Made by a program: the position numbers and the translations under genes. A stretch of DNA of 32,000 nt from Sphingomonadaceae bacterium. GTDB taxonomy: Bacteria > Pseudomonadota > Alphaproteobacteria > Sphingomonadales > Sphingomonadaceae. The stretch covers positions 1 to 32,000 of the forward strand of contig JACVCM010000016.1 of NCBI GenBank assembly GCA_016742125.1. The letters are read 5' to 3'. The notes beneath the pieces were generated by a model, which worked only from the letters and a program-made list of their open reading frames with translations, did no database searches and was not told where the DNA came from. Positions within the stretch are counted from its first letter, which is position 1; each line of letters begins with the position of its first letter. Below are positions 1 through 7,910 of the stretch, one piece after another.

Positions 1-1
1 C

Positions 2-1216
2 GTGATGAAGTCGGCCGGTGGCGTTGACGGAGGTCTGTTCTGCGCGATACTGGCACCGCTGCTGTTCAACTGGACGTGGGAGCATCCGATCCTGATCCTG
101 GCTGCTGCGCTGCTCATGCCGAAGATTCCGTTGCTGCCACTCAATCTGCAGGACCGGAGGCTGCCGCTGACCATGACTGTCATCGGACTGATCGCGCTGG
201 CGCTCGGCATTTACGGGGCAATGTCCGACCCGGAATCGATTACATGGAAGAAAGTCATCCTTGCTGCGGCGATCATGGCGCTGGGCGCTGCTACGGCCGG
301 TTTTCGCCTTCCATTCCTGGCGGCAGTCGCCGGACTTCTCACGATCAACGGCGGCTGGGACAATTTGCAGAAAAGTCTCGATGGCAGTCGTATGCGGAGT
401 TATTTCGGCACCTACACCATGACCGACACCGGCAATGCACGCTGGCTGATGCACGGCACAACGATGCACGGCATGCAGTTGCGTAATGAGCCAACCCGGC
501 CGATCAGCTACTATCCGCCGACCTCCGGCGTGGGGATGGCGCTCCGTAATGCGCCGAAACTATACGGTCCCGGTGCCAGCATCGGCATTGGCGGACTCGG
601 CACCGGCACGCTCGCCTGTTACAAGAAGCCCGGTCAAAGCTGGCAGTTTTTCGAGATCGACCCGCTGGTCATAGAAATTTCGCGCGAAAGGAAGATATTC
701 AGCTTCCTCGACCGCTGCGCGCCAGATGTACCCATCACTCTGGGAGATGCGCGTTTGACGCTGGCCGAGGTGCCGCAGGGCAAGTTCGACATATTGGCGC
801 TCGATGCCTTTTCGTCGGATTCGATTCCTCTGCACCTGCTGACCAAAGAAGCCTTCGCCACATACCGCCGCGCGTTGAAGCCCGACGGGCTCCTGCTTGT
901 GCACATCTCGAACCGCTATATCGACCTCAACCCCGTGGTCGCGGCGGAGGCGAAGCTAAATGGCTGGCATGCGGCGCTGCGCCACGACCGCCCCACTGAC
1001 GTGCTTGCCGCGACCGGCGACCGCGCCTCGCAATGGATCGCAATGAGCCCGGACAAGGCAAGACTGGCGGCGCTGACCGGACCGGTCGACAAGGTGCCGA
1101 GCCGCGATTACGACGCGGAACAATGGCTCGAACTCGACCCGCCCGGTGACACTGACCCATGGACCGATGACTATGCCTCGGTCCTGCCGCACCTTTCGCT
1201 CTGGAAGATATTATGA
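2..1216 (+). CDS. Spermidine synthase-like (class I methyltransferase fold) membrane fusion protein, 5'-partial
   Basis: The ORF is open to the window edge. Hydrophobic N-terminal segments are followed by a spermidine-synthase-like core (GIGGLGTGTLAC, FFEIDPLVIEISRE, ILALDAFSSDSIPLHLLTKEAF, LKPDGLLLVHISN). Its stop overlaps the next start as ATGA at 1213-1216. Confidence 0.7.
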   Translation: MMKSAGGVDGGLFCAILAPLLFNWTWEHPILILAAALLMPKIPLLPLNLQDRRLPLTMTVIGLIALALGIYGAMSDPESITWKKVILAAAIMALGAATAGFRLPFLAAVAGLLTINGGWDNLQKSLDGSRMRSYFGTYTMTDTGNARWLMHGTTMHGMQLRNEPTRPISYYPPTSGVGMALRNAPKLYGPGASIGIGGLGTGTLACYKKPGQSWQFFEIDPLVIEISRERKIFSFLDRCAPDVPITLGDARLTLAEVPQGKFDILALDAFSSDSIPLHLLTKEAFATYRRALKPDGLLLVHISNRYIDLNPVVAAEAKLNGWHAALRHDRPTDVLAATGDRASQWIAMSPDKARLAALTGPVDKVPSRDYDAEQWLELDPPGDTDPWTDDYASVLPHLSLWKIL

Positions 1217-1791
1217 CCAGCCCGGCCCTTCTCGCGCGCAGCGATATCAGCATCATCAGCCTGAACGGCAAAAGTCCGCAGATCGACGACAGCGCCTTCA
1301 TTGCGCCGGGATGTCGGATCATTGGCGATGTCACCATCGGTGCACAATCGAGCATCTGGTACAATTGCGTCATCCGCGCCGAAGTGAACCGGATTGTCAT
1401 CGGCGCGCGCACCAATATTCAGGATGGAAGTGTGGTGCATTGCGACGGCCCCATGCCCGGCGTCGAGGACGGCTATCCCACCATTATCGGTGACGATGTG
1501 CTGGTGGGGCATAATGTCATGCTCCACGGATGCATATTGCAGGACCGGGCTTTCGTCGGCCTTTCGGCGACGGTGATGAACGGCGCGGTCATCGAAGGCG
1601 ACGCGATGCTCGCGGCGGGGGCAATGCTGACCCAGGGCAAGCGCATCGAGGCGCGGCAGCTATGGGCCGGCGCACCGGCACGCTTCGTGCGCGACCTCGA
1701 CGATGCGGCAGTCATGGGCATGCGAATGGGCGTCGCGCATTATGTCGAAAACGCCAAGGCGCATTTCAGCGCCCTGGCAAATGATCGCTAG
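1213..1791 (+). CDS. Gamma carbonic anhydrase family / left-handed beta-helix hexapeptide-repeat protein (YrdA/PaaY-like)
   Basis: Hexapeptide repeats and the family signature IAPGCRIIGDVTIGAQSSIWYNCVIRAEVNRIVIGARTNIQDGSVVH. The ATG overlaps the upstream stop (ATGA). Confidence 0.85.
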   Translation: MTSPALLARSDISIISLNGKSPQIDDSAFIAPGCRIIGDVTIGAQSSIWYNCVIRAEVNRIVIGARTNIQDGSVVHCDGPMPGVEDGYPTIIGDDVLVGHNVMLHGCILQDRAFVGLSATVMNGAVIEGDAMLAAGAMLTQGKRIEARQLWAGAPARFVRDLDDAAVMGMRMGVAHYVENAKAHFSALANDR

Positions 1792-3887
1792 AATTTTGCG
1801 CGGATCGTAAACCGACCGTTGATCGGCGCACCCGTCGAGATGTTGTTGTTGTTATGCGCATCCGAGAAATAGCTGGTGTCCAGCAAATTCTCGATATTCA
1901 ACTGCAGTTGCACCGCCTCGCTCACGTCGTAGAACAGGGCCGCATCGACGCGTGTAAAGGCAGGCAGGCGGGTCGTCGTCGCGCTGGTCCGGATGGCGGC
2001 GAACTGGCTTGACTGGTGGATGATGCCGACACCAGCCGCAAATTTGTCGGTCAGGTCGTACCGATTCCAAAGGCTGGCCTGATGCTTTGGCACCTGCCCC
2101 AGACGGACGAAATCGTTCCCTGCAAGCGCCGCATCCTGATAGCTGTAGCCGCCATGCATCTGCCAGTTCGGCGTAATGCGTCCCGCGACCGACAGCTCGA
2201 CTCCCTTGGTCCGCGTCTTGCCGACATTGATGCTGGCAAGCGGGTTGGCGGGATCGGGCGTCGTCGCATTGCTGCGGTCGAGCTGGAACAGCGCCAGCGT
2301 GACATTAAGATCGGGACGGATATCCCACTTTGCGCCCAGCTCGTAATTGGTGAATTTTTCCGGCGCGAGATTTTGCTGCGTCACCGATAGCGACAGGAAC
2401 TGGTCGCCCGAGCGTGGCAGGAAGGACTGGCTGTAACTGCCGTAAAGCGAGACATTCTCCTGCGGTTTAACAATCAGGCCGATGCGGGGACTGACCTTGT
2501 CGTCCTTGCGCGCGAACGGACGGTCGACGGCGGGGAACAGATCGATACCCTCTATGTCGAAACGGTCATAGCGCAGGCCGGCGACGATATCGACATGCTC
2601 GCCGATGCTGATCTGGTCCTGCACATAGGCGGAGAAAAATTCGACATCCGAAACGCTGTCCCGCGCCGGTGCGTTGAACGCAACGGCCGGGAAGACCGGG
2701 TTGGCAAGGTTGAAGGTCGCGTTCGACAGCGTGCCATTAAAGCGGCGATTGGCCGATTGCTGGTCGCCATATTCTACCCCAAGCAGGATTTTGTGCGCGA
2801 GCGGCCCGGTGTTCACATCCCAGACCAGATTGCCCTGCGCGATAAAGTTTTCGCGTGTGGTGGGGTCGCTATAGGCGGCGAGTGCCACTGTGCCGTTCTG
2901 CGCGGTGGCCGGGCCGTTGGCATAAACGTTGATGTAGATCTTGTCATAATCGCCATAGAGCATCGTACCACTGAAGCTCAGATTCTCGGCAAGTCTGCCG
3001 TCGAGGCGGAGCTTGGCAATCTGTGCCTCGAGCGTTGTCCGGTTGACGCCGGGAATCCCGAAAAACTGGTCGCGATAGCCTGTGATGGGGCGGTTGGGCT
3101 GACCTGCTGTAGTCGCGATAGAAGGCACGCCGCGGTCGGTTACGCGGTCGTCATTCACATATTCGTAGGACAGGCCGAGATTCCAGTCGTCGCCCAGTTT
3201 GAAGGCAATATATGGATTCCAGGCATAACGTTCACCGCCCACAAAGTCGCGATGGCTGTCGAGATTTTCGTAAACCGCATTAACGCGAACCGCAGCCATG
3301 TCATTCAGGGGCGCGTTGAGGTCAGCCGAAAAATCATGGGCGCCGAAGCTGTTGACGCTGGCATGGCCCTTGTAGAAAATCTCGGTCTTTGGCGATTTCT
3401 GCACGCGGTTGATAATGCCGCCGCCGCCGCCGCGCCCGAAGATCAGCGCATAGGGTCCTTTGAGGATTTCGACACGCTCGATATTGTAAAGCCCGCGATA
3501 ATATTGAACGTCATCGCGCACGCCGTCGAGGAAGAAGTCGGCTGTAGTGTTCTGGCCGCGCAGCGTAATCTGGTCGCGATTGCCTTCACCCTGCCCCACG
3601 GTCGTGCCGGGCACATAACGCAGCACGTCACCGAGGCTGTGGTGCGCCTGATCCTCGAGCTGTTCGCGTGTGACGACGTTGATCGTCTGCGGAATATCGA
3701 GCAATGGGGTGTCGGTCTTCGTCGCGGTGACCGAGTTGGTTGCAACATAGCCCTCACTGGTGCCGGTCACGATAATGGTGCGGCTGTCGTCACTGGCTTC
3801 ATCGAATGCGGCTTCATCGGCATAAGCGGGAAAAGTGAAAGTCGCGGCAAATGCCAGCGCGATGAACGAAGTCGACGAAAAACGCAT
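1788..3887 (-). CDS. TonB-dependent siderophore (catecholate-type) outer-membrane receptor
   Basis: Signal peptide MRFSSTSFIALAFAATFTFPAYA; plug region (TIIVTG, DIPQTINVVTREQLEDQ, VEILKGPYALIFGRGGGGGIINRVQK); beta-barrel ending in the terminal aromatic residue ...RFTIRAKF. A Fur box lies immediately upstream. Confidence 0.9.
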   Translation of the reverse strand: MRFSSTSFIALAFAATFTFPAYADEAAFDEASDDSRTIIVTGTSEGYVATNSVTATKTDTPLLDIPQTINVVTREQLEDQAHHSLGDVLRYVPGTTVGQGEGNRDQITLRGQNTTADFFLDGVRDDVQYYRGLYNIERVEILKGPYALIFGRGGGGGIINRVQKSPKTEIFYKGHASVNSFGAHDFSADLNAPLNDMAAVRVNAVYENLDSHRDFVGGERYAWNPYIAFKLGDDWNLGLSYEYVNDDRVTDRGVPSIATTAGQPNRPITGYRDQFFGIPGVNRTTLEAQIAKLRLDGRLAENLSFSGTMLYGDYDKIYINVYANGPATAQNGTVALAAYSDPTTRENFIAQGNLVWDVNTGPLAHKILLGVEYGDQQSANRRFNGTLSNATFNLANPVFPAVAFNAPARDSVSDVEFFSAYVQDQISIGEHVDIVAGLRYDRFDIEGIDLFPAVDRPFARKDDKVSPRIGLIVKPQENVSLYGSYSQSFLPRSGDQFLSLSVTQQNLAPEKFTNYELGAKWDIRPDLNVTLALFQLDRSNATTPDPANPLASINVGKTRTKGVELSVAGRITPNWQMHGGYSYQDAALAGNDFVRLGQVPKHQASLWNRYDLTDKFAAGVGIIHQSSQFAAIRTSATTTRLPAFTRVDAALFYDVSEAVQLQLNIENLLDTSYFSDAHNNNNISTGAPINGRFTIRAKF

Positions 3888-3905
3888 AATGTCCCTTTGA
3901 CTAAA

Positions 3906-3920
3906 TGAGAATGATTCTCA
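3906..3920. promoter_or_regulatory. Fur box (7-1-7 palindrome TGAGAAT-G-ATTCTCA)
   Basis: Perfect 15-bp palindrome that matches the Fur core TGATAAT-N-ATTATCA at 6 of 7 positions in each half-site. It lies 19-33 nt upstream of the receptor start codon (3887, minus strand), in the region shared with divergent arsC. Confidence 0.6.
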
Positions 3921-3940
3921 ATCCCTGGCAGTCGCTTTAT

Positions 3941-3955
3941 TGCGAGTCGTTCTCA
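3941..3955. promoter_or_regulatory. Second, degenerate Fur-like site (TGCGAGT-C-GTTCTCA)
   Basis: Shares the TTCTCA half-site with the first box, but the other half is poor. It sits 20 nt from the first box. Confidence 0.25.
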
Positions 3956-4023
3956 TATGCAAATTCTATATGCGCATTTCTCCAGAAGTTTTTTGCAACA
4001 GCGTCTCGAGCTGGTAAAGCGAA

Positions 4024-4374
4024 GTGATGAAGGCGACCATCTGGCACAATCCCGACTGCGGCACCTCACGCAAGACGCTGGCAATCCTCGGTGAAACGCC
4101 CGAAATCGAGCTCAGCGTCATCGAATATCGGAAACTGCCCTTTACCCGTGGCAAGCTCGAACAGCTGTTTCGCGACGCCGGCCTGAGCCCCCGTGACGCG
4201 CTGCGCACTCGCGGCTCTCCGGCCGAGGAACTGGGCCTGATCGATGGCGCGAGTGCCGACACGATATTGGACGCGATGGTCGAGCATCCCATCCTTGTCG
4301 AACGCCCCTTCGTCGAAACTGAAAAAGGTGTCCGCCTCTGCCGCCCGCAGGACAGGGTTTACGAGATAATCTAG
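4024..4374 (+). CDS. arsC: Arsenate reductase, glutaredoxin-coupled (ArsC/Spx family)
   Basis: N-terminal catalytic motif IWHNPDCGTSRKTL, as in R773-type ArsC. Size is about 115 aa. The start could be GTG 4024 or ATG 4027. Confidence 0.85.
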   Translation: MMKATIWHNPDCGTSRKTLAILGETPEIELSVIEYRKLPFTRGKLEQLFRDAGLSPRDALRTRGSPAEELGLIDGASADTILDAMVEHPILVERPFVETEKGVRLCRPQDRVYEII

Positions 4375-5126
4375 CGCTGGCCCGACGGCGGATCGAAAAG
4401 CGCCGGGTCGATTTCCGGATTGACCTGATATCCGGTCCAGAACACTTCGTTTGCCTTCCGGCCATCATAATAGAGTGTCACATGGCGCGCCTGGAGCCAG
4501 CGCGGATTCTTGAGTTTCACGAAGTCCTGATAGGTGCGCACATGCCATCCCCTTGGTGTGCGAAAACCCACCATCCGGATGGCAAAGCTTTTGCGGTCCA
4601 CGCCAAACAGCGATTTCGTGCCCGCCGGGTCGGTGAGTTCGACCATATAGGACGGATGACCGTCGACCGCATCGTCGGGAAGGCGCTGCGCTGAAAAGCC
4701 GGGCTTTCCCGCATGGCGTATGATGCCGAAGCCGAAATTGCTGGCCCAGAATACATCGGCCTGCTCTTTCGGAACGATCCCTTTTTCATTCCACGTGTCG
4801 CGACCATTATAGCCGACATCCATTACAAGCTTGCCGCGATCACGGATCGTGATCCGCACCTTGCCTTCCGCACCGTGCGCAGCCTGACGGTCGGGATCGA
4901 AGACGCGCCACATGGTATAGCTATCGGGCGAGGAGGCAGGTGCATGCCCCGCTGCGCCATAAAAGACTGCATGACCCTCCAGCCTCAGGGTCTTCGCATT
5001 CGCCCATTCATCCCCGCCTGCGGCTTCGCGTGCACGCTGCAAGATCGCGTCGCCGGTCAACGGCGCGTCGGCCGACAGCATTGTCGGCGAGAGGGCGAGA
5101 ATGAAGAGAGCCAATAGTCGGACCAC
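4371..5126 (-). CDS. Secreted hypothetical protein (signal peptide, no recognised domain)
   Basis: The track ORF 4371..5732 is over-extended. An internal GTG at 5126 is preceded by AAGGAGG with 5-nt spacing and opens a signal-peptide-like VVRLLALFILALSPTMLSADA. Upstream of that, the frame overlaps the SDR gene antisense. Confidence 0.6.
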   Translation of the reverse strand: MVRLLALFILALSPTMLSADAPLTGDAILQRAREAAGGDEWANAKTLRLEGHAVFYGAAGHAPASSPDSYTMWRVFDPDRQAAHGAEGKVRITIRDRGKLVMDVGYNGRDTWNEKGIVPKEQADVFWASNFGFGIIRHAGKPGFSAQRLPDDAVDGHPSYMVELTDPAGTKSLFGVDRKSFAIRMVGFRTPRGWHVRTYQDFVKLKNPRWLQARHVTLYYDGRKANEVFWTGYQVNPEIDPALFDPPSGQR

Positions 5127-5175
5127 CGAAGCCTCCTTTTTGTCCGGACAAATTCTGCTTGCCTGATAGTCGGAG

Positions 5176-5358
5176 TTGATGTCAACTTCCGACATGATGT
5201 CAACTTCCGCCGTGAAGAATACACTTGCCGAAGCCGTCCAGGCGCGAGGCAAAAGACTGCATTTTGCCGGAGAGCATCTGTCTCCAAACGCATCCGGCAT
5301 GGAAGCAGCGTTCGAATCGGGTAGCCGTGTCGCGCGGTTGGTTGCCGAGCGAGTGTAA
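5176..5358 (+). pseudogene. C-terminal remnant of a flavin-containing amine oxidase
   Basis: Only the last ~45 residues of the family are present (GKRLHFAGEHLSPNASGMEAAFESGSRVARLV, compare the canonical ...hFAGEhts...G.v.GA..SG.raA tail). There is no N-terminal FAD-binding part. The 5' edge is an 18-bp tandem duplication. Confidence 0.5.
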
Positions 5359-5396
5359 ATTCCATATGTCTGCCGCTCTGGGAGGAGAAGAAACGC

Positions 5397-6119
5397 ATGC
5401 AGGTAAAGGGCAAGATCGCGCTCGTGACCGGCGGAACCGATGGCATCGGGCTGGAAATTGCGCGTCAGTTGCAGGCCAAGGGCGCCAATGTGATCGTATG
5501 CGGACGCCGCGAGGATTTCCTGGCCACCGCCCGCGAGGAGGGATTCGAAGCAATCAAGGCCGACCTTTCCAGTGCGGACGGCTGTTCTGCCTTCCTGCGC
5601 GACCTGGGTGCCCGCCCGCTCGACATATTGGTGAACAATGCAGGGATGAGCGGCAATTTCGCGCCCGGCGACCCCCTGGATCTTGCCCTGACCGACCGGG
5701 CGATATTCCTCAACCTCAATGCCCCGATGCACCTTATCGGAACATTGATGCCGATGCTGCTGGACCGCCCCGAAGCCGCCATCGTCAACGTGACTTCCGG
5801 CCTAGCCATCGCGCCGCGGGCAGGCGGCCCTGTCTATTGTGCGACCAAGGCGGGCCTGCGCAGCTTCACCCAGTCGCTGCGTCACAATCTGCGTGATACC
5901 AATGTGCATGTAATCGAGGCCCTGCCGCCCGTAGTCGACACCGCGATGACGCGGGGGCGGGTTGGCGGCAACAAGATGTCCGCCAAAGAGTGTGCCGCGC
6001 AAATTGTCGATGCCATCGAAAGCAACAGCAAGGAAGCCAATGTCGGGATGGTGAAACTGTTGCAGGCAGTTTATTCAATATCGCCTGCACTGGCCCGGCG
6101 CATCATGATAAAGTTCTGA
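5397..6119 (+). CDS. Short-chain dehydrogenase/reductase (SDR) family oxidoreductase
   Basis: TGGTDGIG cofactor motif (KIALVTGGTDGIGLEIA), NNAG, and catalytic YCATKAGL. Confidence 0.9.
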   Translation: MQVKGKIALVTGGTDGIGLEIARQLQAKGANVIVCGRREDFLATAREEGFEAIKADLSSADGCSAFLRDLGARPLDILVNNAGMSGNFAPGDPLDLALTDRAIFLNLNAPMHLIGTLMPMLLDRPEAAIVNVTSGLAIAPRAGGPVYCATKAGLRSFTQSLRHNLRDTNVHVIEALPPVVDTAMTRGRVGGNKMSAKECAAQIVDAIESNSKEANVGMVKLLQAVYSISPALARRIMIKF

Positions 6120-6123
6120 TATT

Positions 6124-6208
6124 TGGTGCCCCTGGCCCGACTCGAACGGGCACATCTTTCGATACTCGATTTTGAGTCGAGCGCGTCTACCAATTCCACC
6201 ACAGGGGC
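6124..6208 (-). tRNA. tRNA-Leu (anticodon CAA)
   Basis: The reverse complement folds by eye: acceptor GCCCCTG/CAGGGGC, anticodon stem CTCGA/TCGAG with loop CT-CAA-AA, long variable arm, T-arm GCCCG-TTCGAGT-CGGGC, and an encoded CCA. Confidence 0.9.
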
Positions 6209-6297
6209 ACGGCGGTTGCCACTAGCGGAGGCCGGGTGAGGATGCAACCGACTTTGGCGCCTTCCCGTCGACCCGCGACGGGAGGAGCACCAAAAGG

Positions 6298-7716
6298 CTA
6301 TTTCTTTAATTCCCTTCCCAGAGTTTTGGCTGTCGCCTTGCCATAGGGTGCCTTGAAGCCTCCGATCCCGGCCACATCGATACCCGTCTGCCTGTAGACA
6401 GCGCGCATATGGCTGAAGGTCTTGAATCCGTCCTGCCCGTGATAATTGCCCATGCCCGACGGACCGATCCCGCCGAAGGGCAAGTCTTCCATCGCATTGT
6501 GAAAAATAACGTCATTCACCGTGACGCCTCCCGAAATCGTGCGCGATAGCACGCGCTCCTCCTCGGCCTTGTCGGACCCGAAATAATAAAGCCCCAGCGG
6601 GCGGTCATGCGCGTTCACATAATCCACGGCTTCGTCGATCGACGAATAGGTCATTACCGGCAGGATCGGCCCGAATATCTCCTCCTGCATCACCTTCATA
6701 TTGTCGTTCACGTTACGCACGATGGTCAGTGGCATCTTGTTGCCGTTCGACGATGCGAAATCTTCGCCAGCCGGGTTGACCTCGATCAGTTCGGCTCCTT
6801 TCTCACGCGCATCGGTCAGATAGCTTTGCAGCCGCTCATAATTGCGGCCGTTCACCACCGAGGTATAATCGTCATTGTGCAGCAGCTTGGGATATTGCGC
6901 GGTCACGCCAGCTTTCACTGCCTCTATCATGTCGCTTTCCTGATCGGACGGCACCATCAGATAATCGGGCGCGAGACAAATTTGCCCGGCATTCATCATC
7001 TTGCCGAGGGCAATGCGCTCGCCGGCCTTCTTCCTGTCGGCGCTGCGACCGATGATAGTCGGCGATTTGCCACCGAGTTCGAGCGTCACCGGCACCAGAT
7101 TGTCCGCCGCCGCGCGCATGATATGGCGCCCGACACCCGTCGCGCCAGTAAAGATCATATGATCGAAGGCGAGTTTGGAGAAGGCCATTCCGACGTCAGG
7201 CCCGCCGGTGAAAACCGCCATCTCTTCCTCGGCGAAATATTTGGGCACAATCTCCTCGAAAAGCGCCGAAACGCGCTCCGTAAATTCCGACGGCTTAACC
7301 ATTGCGCGGTTTCCTGCCGCAAGGATACCCGCCATCGGCACCATCACCATGCCGACGGGAAAGTTCCAGGGCGCGACCACTCCCACGACGCCTTTGGGTT
7401 GATAAACAACCTCTGCCTTTGCGCCCAACATTCCCAATGGAAAGGTCGGCTTGCGCTTCTCGCCCCGCGACCATGCCTCGAAATGCTTCCTGGCATGTTT
7501 CATCGCGCTGACAGAGGGCATGATGTCGGTCAGGAGCGTCTGCTCGCGGCTGCGGTGACCAAAATCGGCGGACACAGCCTTTGCAAAATCCTCGGCATGA
7601 TCGATCAAAAGCGCAATCGCCCGGTCAATCCTGTCGCGGCGCACCGACAGAGGCTCGGGCAGCGCGGCGGTAAAGGATGCCTTTTGCTTGTTCAGCACTG
7701 TTTGCATGTCGGTCAT
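6298..7716 (-). CDS. NAD(P)-dependent aldehyde dehydrogenase (coniferyl-aldehyde-dehydrogenase-like)
   Basis: LELGGKSP and the catalytic Cys context NAGQICLAPDY. The most likely start is ATG 7716 or 7719 after GGAGAG. The track start at 7743 is a GTG inside a palindrome. Confidence 0.9.
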   Translation of the reverse strand: MTDMQTVLNKQKASFTAALPEPLSVRRDRIDRAIALLIDHAEDFAKAVSADFGHRSREQTLLTDIMPSVSAMKHARKHFEAWSRGEKRKPTFPLGMLGAKAEVVYQPKGVVGVVAPWNFPVGMVMVPMAGILAAGNRAMVKPSEFTERVSALFEEIVPKYFAEEEMAVFTGGPDVGMAFSKLAFDHMIFTGATGVGRHIMRAAADNLVPVTLELGGKSPTIIGRSADRKKAGERIALGKMMNAGQICLAPDYLMVPSDQESDMIEAVKAGVTAQYPKLLHNDDYTSVVNGRNYERLQSYLTDAREKGAELIEVNPAGEDFASSNGNKMPLTIVRNVNDNMKVMQEEIFGPILPVMTYSSIDEAVDYVNAHDRPLGLYYFGSDKAEEERVLSRTISGGVTVNDVIFHNAMEDLPFGGIGPSGMGNYHGQDGFKTFSHMRAVYRQTGIDVAGIGGFKAPYGKATAKTLGRELKK

Positions 7717-7738
7717 CATTCTCTCCATTTGCCATAGC

Positions 7739-7765
7739 GTCACCCTGAACGTGTTTCAGGGTGAC
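7739..7765. promoter_or_regulatory. Candidate operator: 11-bp perfect inverted repeat GTCACCCTGAA-N5-TTCAGGGTGAC
   Basis: Seen directly in the divergent intergenic region between the aldehyde dehydrogenase (-) and thiolase (+) genes. Confidence 0.35.
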
Positions 7766-7910
7766 GGAAGGTACGAAACAGGAATAATGCGCCTTCCCTA
7801 AGTTGCAATTCAAAACGCTTCGGGCGCTGCATACGAGTTCATATTTGTTTTTGCGGCATTGCGGGATTAAGGGCGACTCACAAGTCCCCCTCGCCGTGAA
7901 GGAACCCCGA

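Noticed and set aside
1786-1796. The shared 11-mer CGCTAGAATTT at two convergent gene junctions (1786-1796 and 20355-20365).
   Set aside because: At 1786-1796 it overlaps the stop codons of both convergent genes and the terminal Lys-Phe codons of the receptor, while at 20355-20365 it covers a plus-strand stop plus spacer. A single short match in 32 kb is compatible with chance.
2595-3908. A 437-aa plus-strand ORF. Similar long antisense ORFs occur at 6607-7737, 7992-9110, 14143-15213, 15162-16037, 18532-19305, 20275-20910, 21857-22633, 23464-24156, 26911-27768, 28380-29516 and 30354-31262.
   Set aside because: Each lies entirely antisense to a gene with strong family motifs. Each has Arg/Gly/Ala/His-rich low-complexity composition, typical of stop-poor frames in high-GC DNA, and shows no recognisable domain or RBS.
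5127-5732. The N-terminal 202 residues of the 453-aa track ORF 4371..5732.
   Set aside because: This part overlaps the well-supported SDR gene and the amine-oxidase remnant on the other strand. A GTG at 5126 with a strong AAGGAGG RBS starts a proper signal peptide, so the upstream part is read-through of an open frame.
5397-6208. tRNA-Leu as the attachment site of a genomic island extending leftwards from its 3' end.
   Set aside because: I found no integrase, no visible repeat of the tRNA 3' end and no GC drop in the adjacent SDR gene. The nearby gene remnant is better explained as a local rearrangement.
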